DNA from: Paragordius varius
Taxonomy: Eukaryota; Animalia; Nematomorpha
DNA: 64,000 nucleotides
Direction of reading: 5' to 3'
Assembly (NCBI GenBank): GCA_964247055.1
Contig: OZ176054.1
Location: 5,890,001 to 5,954,000 of the forward strand
Under the pieces are notes generated by a model. The model had not been told where the DNA came from and did no database searches. It saw nothing but the letters and a program-made list of their open reading frames with translations. Shown here piece by piece: positions 55,317 to 64,000 of the stretch (its first letter is position 1; every line of letters begins with the position of its first letter). Made by a program: the position numbers and the translations under genes.

Positions 55317-57927
55317 TTAAACGAAAATCATAAATTTTACAAGATTAATGTTTAACTTATTAATTTTAAGAGATTTTCGAGATTCAAATTTTTGGGGTTC
55401 ACGGAATCGATATATTTAGCATATTTTTATATGCATTGTTCTTAAATATTAGCAGATTTTTTCTAAAAATTTAGCCTCTTTTGTATCCACCCATTTTGAA
55501 TAGGTTAAATAGCCAAAATTTATCAAATAAATTTATATAATTAACAAAGATTTTATTGCATATAAGTAATCCGACCAGATATTTTAAACTTGGACGCAGT
55601 ACAAAATTAAAACATAGTTTGCCTGTTTTTGCACCATCGTGTGGTATATTACATTTCCACAAAACATCCTAGTGAAATATATATATATTCTGATAGGAAC
55701 ATCAGGATTATCATGGTGCTTTTTGTTTTAACCTTTACGAGTTTTAGAGAAAGTTATTTACACTTTTGTGGTGGGTGTTCCATTTAAAGTTGCAAAAGGT
55801 GCGCAATTTTTTAAATATTTTTTGGTGGTGAAAGCTAAATGTATTTAAAAATTTTAAATTTTTACATTGGGCTCTTTTAAAATGGACTGTTCTCTAAAAA
55901 TAAACACAAAAATTCCGACATTGTGCAATAATTTTAAATATATACTAAATTTTGATACCAACTAAATATATTTTTTAAAAAATCACACTTTTAAAATTTT
56001 TTAGCTAAATTTTGGTGAAGCGTATTATTATTGTCCATGATGGAAACGATATAAACGGTTGAGATGTTATATTATGTATATAATTCGATAATGCTAATTA
56101 TCAAGCAAAATTTTGACTATAATATTACTTCGTTATCCAATTTATCTTAAATAAAATATGTGTTTTTACAAAAATCCACCTAAATTTGCATGCAAACAAA
56201 CCTTTAAATTAAAATTCTGAACCTATAGTAATGTTCAACATCATCGAATTATTTAGAAAAAGGGATTTATTATATCTTAAAGCGTTATACCGTTTCCAAC
56301 GCTTTAAAATAGTTAGAAGTACGCTTCGATAAAATATCTCAATATGCAAAAAATAAGAAAACTAATAAAATTAAAGTTTATGAAAAAAAATTAAGTAATA
56401 TCATACCTTCCACCTAATGAGAATAGAAAAGGCAAAGACATTTAATATTCGAAAAGGTTATTTCGAAATCATATGCCATAAATAATAAATTTTATATATG
56501 TTACGGCAATAACAATTTTCTATATAATTTTCTGTTTGATAATTATAACAAAAAATTAACTTTCTAAACTTGATCAAACATTTATTAAAATATCATATAC
56601 TAATTTTGTTAATTTTAAATTTTGAGGCACCTCTTTTTTCAGAAGCCTTGAGCGAAAGAGCCATTAGCCAGAATCTTATGGTGTGGAGTTCAAGATTTAT
56701 AGTTTCGCCACTCCACGAAAGGCTGCAATTCTAAGTTTTATAATAGAATCCTAGTTTTTTACAGCAAGAACCAATTTCTACAAATTATGGGGTTATTTTT
56801 ACTCAGGGCTACATTAATTATATAATTTTTTAATAAATAAGAGGTAATTAATATATATTTATAAAAAATTTAAATTTCAAAAAGCAGTACAAAGGTGGGC
56901 GCAGTACGGGCGCAGTTTTTTTCTGAAAACCCAGTACTGTACTGCGAAAAACAGCCTATCTGGTCACATTAATATAAAGCGTAAATTCATACATAATTAG
57001 TTTCCAAAATAATTTTATCCATATTTTTAAATCTGTCAAGTGTGCCCTACACCACACCTGCAAATTCTTAAAGTTTTACTTGATCGTATGATTTTTTATC
57101 CTCCGAATCAAGTTTTCTTGCTTGACTTAAGTCGTCTAATGTTAAATTTTTTTTATCACATGAAAGCAAGCCATGACTTGCATAACTTGCAAGTCAAGTC
57201 AAAAAAATTTTTTATCACCCCACCCATTATAAAAACATTTGTATATATAATTCATTGATGTTCATTTCTATAACCTCAGATTTTCGATTAAAATATACGT
57301 TTAAAAATTATGTTAAATATGGTGTTTTCGTACAAAAATTATCCTAAATATAAAAGCAAACGAACCTCTAAATTCTGAGGTGACATTATTTAAAAATATT
57401 ATGTGCGAGTTCCACCATGCTTCAGAATACTATAAACTCGCTTAAAATTTTTCTATTAAACTAGTTTATATATTTTAGTGAATTTTTTGAAGTGAAGCAT
57501 TTAGGTTTCACCATAATAAAATTATATTGAACAAGATGTCCGCAAGTTTTTTAATATGTAGCAGTTTATATTCAAAATGTATAAATTATTCTTCTTTCTG
57601 TTGAAAAATATGACAAATGAAGGGATGGATAAATTTTAGTGATATGATAAAAATAGTCTAGAAATCTTATATGTCTTTGTCTTATAACTGATTATAACCC
57701 ATGACAGAGAAAAAAATTTCTTATAAAACCCAGTTTGTAATGGCTATGAGCTTATTTTATATTTGCCCAAACCAATATTTTTTACTGATTAAAATTTTAC
57801 TGTAATATATAGCACCTGAATATATATATGGTCAATATGGTTAGGTTAAAATCAAAAAGACATATTATTTTAAATCCCGCCGGATTGTTTTCAACTCATA
57901 AGCCTTATTAAAATCGCATAAATAAAT

Positions 57928-58199
57928 TTATCTATAATTAAATTTATTTAAATAATTTCTTAAACGTTGGTCTTCTTTAAAGTCATTTGGATTATCATCG
58001 GTTTCAACGTACTTTTTTATTTTTTTACTCGTTGTCAAATCAGGAGATGAATCTTTAATGCTGGGTTCATTTATCGAAGAATAACTTTGCGAATTATTTT
58101 TAATCAAATATTTGAAACATTCCAAATCATGTATTGTAAGTAAGCCGGAACATGTTTTGGATATAAAATCTTCATCTGTGGTATCCAATATATGCCTTA
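57928..58199 (-). other. Possible isolated coding exon of unknown origin
   Basis: 86-codon open frame with exon-like composition behind a TTTAAG acceptor; no recognisable domain and no partner exons resolved. Confidence 0.25.
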
Positions 58200-61000
58200 A
58201 AGGAAATTTGGGTATTAATGCTGGTTGTTTCTATAAATATTAAAAATATATGAGATCAAATTATGTTTGGAGTTTATATTTGGTTTCAATAAATGGTTAT
58301 TTAAATCTATATAAATAAATAAATAAATAAATATATATATACTGGAACAGGGTAATTCCTAAAATTTTGGAACTGAAACCGGAGTCGAGCAAGCGTAACC
58401 GGATCCTGGTCAGTTCCTTAAAAATTAAAGGTTCGGAAGCCGGTACTGGTGGTTCCTGACTTATTGTATATTAATACCGTTGGCTGTTAAACATATTTAA
58501 TTATGTTAAATTAAGTATAGCATCATATAAATGGCGAGATCCTTATTTTTCATCAGATTAGCAGTAATATATAATTGTTGTGAGCCACACTATGCGCCTA
58601 ATGTAACCTTAAATGCTAAAATTTAAATATTTTAGCAAAATCTGTAATCAGTTAAGGAGCTCATGCGGTCCGTGGGCCACGATTTAATTAGCATATATGG
58701 GGTGGCTGATTTTTTCTGTTAGGGTAGTTGAATATAAAACCCTATATCTTGTGGTGTTAAAATTTAGGGATTGCAAAATTATTTAAAATAAATTTAAGCT
58801 AAAAAGGTAAGAACCTTTTAATAAAAGGATTTAAAATATGAACCCAATTATGTTTGTGGTTCTCTTCAAGTCTTAAAGGTAAATATTTAGAAAATTGCTT
58901 TGGCAATCGGATACGAGAAAAAAGTATTATCATAAAATCAATTTTTTAAAAGTAATATTGAGCCAAAAATATAAAGTTATGATAATCATTCCATTTTGAT
59001 GTTACTAAAAAATGTTAGCATACAATCTAATTTAAATAATAATTTAAACAATAAATTTAATTTTTCAAAATAAAAACATATGAAAACCACTTATTTAGGA
59101 GGTGCTACCAATTTAAAAATGGAACCGAGGTGGTGCCTAGGGAAGTGGAACTGGCTATATATATAGTATCTTAAAATTTTTGAAAAAATGTGTAAATAAG
59201 ATAATTTTCAGGCAAATTAATGAATATATCGGTATGTACCTAATAAGTAATGGACACGATATAAGAATAAAAAAATATGTAAACAAATAAAGGATTATAT
59301 AGTTTTTCTAAAGAAATAAGGTTTTAGCCAAATAGAGTGTAATTTCAAAAATGTGGTTATAAACACATTGACTGAATTAAGAAGAATGTTATAATTTAAA
59401 CGATAGTTTCAAGTAATGTTAGCACTTCTATCATTACCTTTTGGGATATTATACACAGTATTTAGATTAAATTGATTTTTTGAAAAACTCTGATACTGGA
59501 CCAAAATTAAATATTTGTATTCTGGGGCCTTATAGGCGCATTATTAAAATATTTTTTAAAAATTTATAATTCTATAAAATCGCTATCTCAAACTTTTAGA
59601 CGCCATTTTATATTAGTTTACTAAATTAAAAAACTTAAAGTCAAATTAAATATTAGGTTTGATATATACATTTATTTTTATATAAAAGTTTACAGTAATT
59701 ACTGATTTTTAGAATCAGGTCAAACATGCAAAATTGTTAAAACTAAGGTTTTTCTGTCCTAAATAAGATGTTTGATAATTATATTAAATCAAAATGCGTA
59801 TAACATTATAAATATTTTCTCCAAAAGACCTAAAATGTAATTTCCGTCGAAATTGGATAATTAATAAAATGTTAAACAATTTTTAATATTAGAGAGTTTA
59901 AAATTTATAAAATAAACGGATACTCTACTTGTCTGTAGAATAAAAAATAAGTATTTACTACCTACTAATATTACTCACTTAAATAAATACTAATGTAAAA
60001 AATCGATTGAATAAAAAAATATTTTAGCAAATATTATGCTAGTAAATTACTAGTATGGCTTGATTGAAGCTAAGTAAAAATCGGTTGAATAAACCATTTA
60101 TTAACAAATAAGTGAAAAATAAATATAAATAATACATAAAACTATGGGAATGAAGGAGAGTTTTAAAGAATGGGAAAATTATATCTTGAATTAATCATAA
60201 AATTCGTTTTGAACATGAATAACACGTCGTAAATCATAGGAACTCCGTTTTATTTTTAATCCTTTTAAAACAGGTCCGCTTCTCAAAAATTACCGAACCG
60301 CTTTTATATAGAAGTATAATCAGACAAAGGTGATTTTTAATAATTTGGGAATGTATGAAGGATATATTTTTTATATTTTGGCATATAAACATTATAATCG
60401 CATTTTTATATTTAATCTTTTTATCATAAAAGGCATAAAAAATTACAAAAAAATAAATTTTTCCAATAAGAATTTTTGGGCTTATTATTAATTACTTAAA
60501 TATATAGTATAAAAAAATTCAAAAAATACAAAATATGGCTAAAATCAAAATTAGCCACCAGCTAGTCTGGTATATAACAACTTGAAAAATTCAGTATATA
60601 GAGGTAGTATTGACAAAATAATTTTTTCTTCAATCCATGTTTCTAGTAAATACTTTTTCATAGCAAAGTAAAACAAAAACTTTTCTATATATACTTGTTA
60701 TGGTAAATGCTGGGTAATAAATAGAAAAATATTTTATTCAATTGAAACCGAGTAAATACCACCTAGTTTTGGCATTTACATGGTTTTATTTGATTTCGAC
60801 CCTTAAGATAATATACCATTTCCCAGTCTAAATAAACGTTTTACCAGTCAATCGAAACGTTTTCCCAGTCAGAAAAACATTTTCCCAATCAATAAAAACG
60901 TTTTCCTAGTCAATAAAAACGGTCTTATTTTTGATGATAAATATCAAAACAAGACATAAAAATAGCTTTTAACCATTATCAGCGTAATATTAGGATATTA

Positions 61001-62908
61001 CAGTCATATCTATATAGAATTGTCAGAAATTCGTATTTAAATGATTATAATTTTTTTTAATTGTTTTGATGTTTGATATGTCAACTTTCAACATGCGCAT
61101 TTTTAAGCCTTAAAATAATAATAGCCTATTTATTGTAAGAATTTTTAATTTATAATTAAAAGATGTTGCAAAATATTATTCTTGAACATTTTATCTACAA
61201 CATGCGCATGTAATTTGTGATAACCAAGTTTGATATTTGTTTTCATTTTCTAGGGGTTTTTGATATGCACTTAAAATATAAACTAAACCCAAGCAGATGT
61301 CCATTTAATCTCTATATATATATAAAGAAATAAATCATAAATCTAGAGTTATTTTAAATTATGAATATCAACGATAACCCATTATTTCTTCTTTGCTGGG
61401 CAGCTAGTATACTTGAAGGTTTATATTAAAAAAATAAAAATTCAGAACGAAATCCAATATTAAAGGAAAACATAGCTCCCTCAGTTCATACTTTTGAATC
61501 GGATACAAGTGAAGAGTCTTCAAGTATTTGAAAACAATTAGTAGTATCTGATTTGGATGTTCCATTGAATGAAAATGAATAATATCGTGAAAAAATAAAA
61601 CATAAAAGTATTAATATTTTTAAATTTTAGAACATAATTTTTGGAATAAGGAAAAAATAGATAGAGCTAAAAAATTATTTTTTGATCCCAAAAATTTGGA
61701 AAAACCCTCAAATTATTTTTTGGATTATTTTGATATGTCCTTAACATCTATAAATATATTAAGAAGAAAAATAATTCTTGGAAATTCTACTGATAGAAAT
61801 AAGTCTGGTCGGCGTAACAAATTCAGATATCCAGAAATAATAGATGCTGTCAAAACATTAATAAACAATGACTGTGAATTAACAATCGATGAATTAATGG
61901 AACAAATACCAGACCATATTAAAGTATGGAGAACAACTATTTACAAAATTCTCTCGGATTCAGAAATTACTCGAAAGAGGTGTATTTTACAACCTCGGGA
62001 ACGAAACACCCCAGAGAATATAGAAAAGCGTTAAAATTATACCAGATTAGTGAAAGATATTCCACAAGAAAAAGTTTTTTTTATTGATGAGTCAGGCTTC
62101 AGTTTGAAACTTACAAATATATGGGGTAGAGCTCCAAAGGGCAAATCTCCTATTGTAGAGGGATTTAACAAAGGTAAACTTTAAATTTATTTTAGGAAAA
62201 AATGTTTCATTGATATGTATGATTGGTTGTCAGGGAGTTATTAATTACAGAACAAAAGAAGGCGCCTTTAGAGGCGATGATTTTCGATTTTTTTTGACGG
62301 AATGTTTAACAAGAATTCAATAATAGTTTGCGATAATGCACCTATTCACAAAACCGCGGTGGTAGGTGAGCTAAGGAATAAAATTGTTTATTTACCTCCA
62401 TATTCGCCACAACTGAATCCCATTGAATGTTTTTTTTATGAGATTAAACATCAATATGATAAAAAACCACGGTGTAGTACCCCTCTAGAGCAGCATAACA
62501 AAATTGCAAGACTTTGCGAAGAGAGAAGGGAAAAAAATCTAAAAAATTATTATAATTTTTCTTCAGAAAACAATTATAAATTTATTTAAATATTATAATT
62601 ATCAATAAATATTTTTATCTTTTAAATTATATTTTGGTTATGTGTGCTTAAACTTTGAGTTAATAAAATTTTATAATTAATATTTTACAAAAGATAAAAA
62701 TTACAATATGCGCATGTTGTGCATCAAGAATAATATTTTGCAATATCTTTTAATTATAAATTAAAAATTCTTACAATAAATAGGCTATTATTATTTTAAG
62801 GCTTAAAAATGCGCATGTTGAAAGTTGACATATCAAACATCAAAACAATTAAAAAAAATTATAATCATTTAAATACGAATTTCTGACAATTCCATATAGA
62901 CATGACTG
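61001..62908 (+). mobile_element. Tc1/mariner-IS630 superfamily DNA transposon with ~210-bp TIRs and TA TSD
   Basis: TA|CAGTCAT...ATGACTG|TA; 61001-~61210 is inverted at ~62700-62908. Confidence 0.95.
61361..62589 (+). pseudogene. Spliced IS630/Tc1-type DDE transposase with three micro-introns, three in-frame stops and one frameshift
   Basis: HTH TIDELMEQI..VWRTTIYKIL; FIDESGF; WGRAPKG; G-KNVSLI; IVCDNAPIHK; YLPPYSPQLNPIECFF. Introns 61419-61445, 61608-61630 and 62174-62195 restore the frame. Confidence 0.85.
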
Positions 62909-63157
62909 TATTATTTTGTAAAAACACAATTATTGAATGACAATTTCCAAGTATATTCCAGTGCACAATCATTAATAACTTATTATTTAAAAATTATATT
63001 TTTGGAATTTGAGATGTTTTTAAGATAATATTTTTTTTATTGATGGTTCGCATTAATATTTGCCCGCTTCAAAACAGTTTTTACACATGTCAAGTTTTTC
63101 CATAAAAATACTGTCAGAAAAAATAAATATTTAATTATTATATATATTTGACTAAAA

Positions 63158-63420
63158 CAGGGGTGTCTAACCAAATGGCCTCGCGAGTGGTATTACTTAA
63201 AAAGAATGGCGTTCCGCATTCGATATATTTCATAAAAAAATTTTCGAATAGACATAAAACTGTAAAATACAATATAACAATTTTTTACCAATAAAAAATC
63301 ATTCAGAATAATTGCGTAAGAAGTATGAATATTACTAAGATTGACATATTTTTGCATAAAGATTTCTAAATTTTTCGCGGGCCGCACAAAGATACTCGGC
63401 AGGCCGCGTTCACCCGATGA
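63158..63420. mobile_element. hAT-like MITE remnant in the foldback spacer
   Basis: CAGGGGTGTCTAAC start and GCGGGCCGCA subterminal motif; the other end is degenerate. Confidence 0.35.
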
Positions 63421-64000
63421 ACCAAATGGTAAATATTATAAAATTAGGGTAAAATTAATGTTTAAGAAACAATATGAAGTGTTAAATGACCTCTGAGATA
63501 AAAATGGTATATTATTTTTTTTATATTTATCAATGCGAACCATCAATAAATAAAAAATATTATCTTAAAAACATCTTAAATTCCAAAAATATAATTTTTA
63601 AAGAATAAGTCATTAATGATTGTGCATTGGAATATACTTGGATTTTGTCATTCAATAATTGTGTTTTTACAAAATAATAATATCCTAATATTACGCTGAT
63701 AATGGTTAAAAGTTATTTTTAGGTCTTGTTTTGATATTTATCATCAAAAATAAAACCGTTTTTATTGACTGGGAAAACGTTTTGATTGACTGGGAAAACG
63801 TTTCGATTGACTGGTAAAACGTTTCGATTGATTGGGAAAATGTTTCGATTGACTGGGAAAATGTTTCGATTGACTGGGAAAACGTTTCGATTGACTGGGA
63901 AAACGTTTCGATTGGTTGAAAAAATGTTTTGATTGACTGAGAAAACGTTTATTTAGACTGGGAAATGGTTTAATTAAGATAAGCAATTATATGTACAGTA

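Larger units (their letters stand above)
60814..63970. mobile_element. Foldback-like element: long inverted arms ending in 21-bp tandem repeats; left arm split by the Tc1 insertion
   Basis: Left arm 60814-61000 plus 62909-63058 is the reverse complement of 63530-63970; ~5 versus ~9.5 units of ATTGACTGGGAAAACGTTTCG. Confidence 0.8.

Noticed and set aside
56880-57210. GCAGTAC and CAAGTCAAGTC short repeats
   Set aside because: Probably subterminal motifs of old DNA transposons; no termini or TSD could be defined.
58545-58575. CTGATGA on the minus strand as a third hammerhead
   Set aside because: No stem II or downstream GAAA in register.
60140-60330. Exon-like segments around a possible small GT-AG intron
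   Set aside because: Stops in all frames and no recognisable protein; cannot be supported.
63764-63960. 21-bp repeats as a CRISPR array
   Set aside because: No unique spacers, head-to-tail units, eukaryotic context, no cas genes.
63762-63986. ORF with SQSKRFP heptad repeats
   Set aside because: Translation of the 21-bp DNA tandem repeat.

Overview
Very AT-rich eukaryotic (probably animal) genomic DNA with spliced genes and many transposon remnants. There are no rRNA, tRNA or CRISPR features. Genes reconstructed by hand: the 3' part of a CAP/SORBS triple-SH3 adaptor (+), PIG-X (-), an unidentified spliced gene (-), a DUF229 membrane protein (-), BRD8 (+), EXOC1/Sec3 (-) head-to-head with WBP11 (+), and a DDIT4/scylla homologue (-). 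The main oddity is intron size: about 19 GT-AG micro-introns of 22-30 nt (mode 22 nt) coexist with kb-sized TE-filled introns. This hints at a reduced parasite-type genome (myxozoan/dicyemid/orthonectid-like; inference only). Mobile elements include a Penelope-like retroelement with an intact RT+GIY-YIG ORF and a minimal hammerhead ribozyme, a 161-bp element with a second hammerhead, and a Tc1/IS630-type transposon whose transposase has three micro-introns, nested in a foldback element. There is also a Helitron with three 5' ends and one 3' end, a decayed hAT with a perfect 8-bp TSD, TTAA-flanked MITEs (one nested) and RTE remnants. Splice models are manual and lack transcript support.
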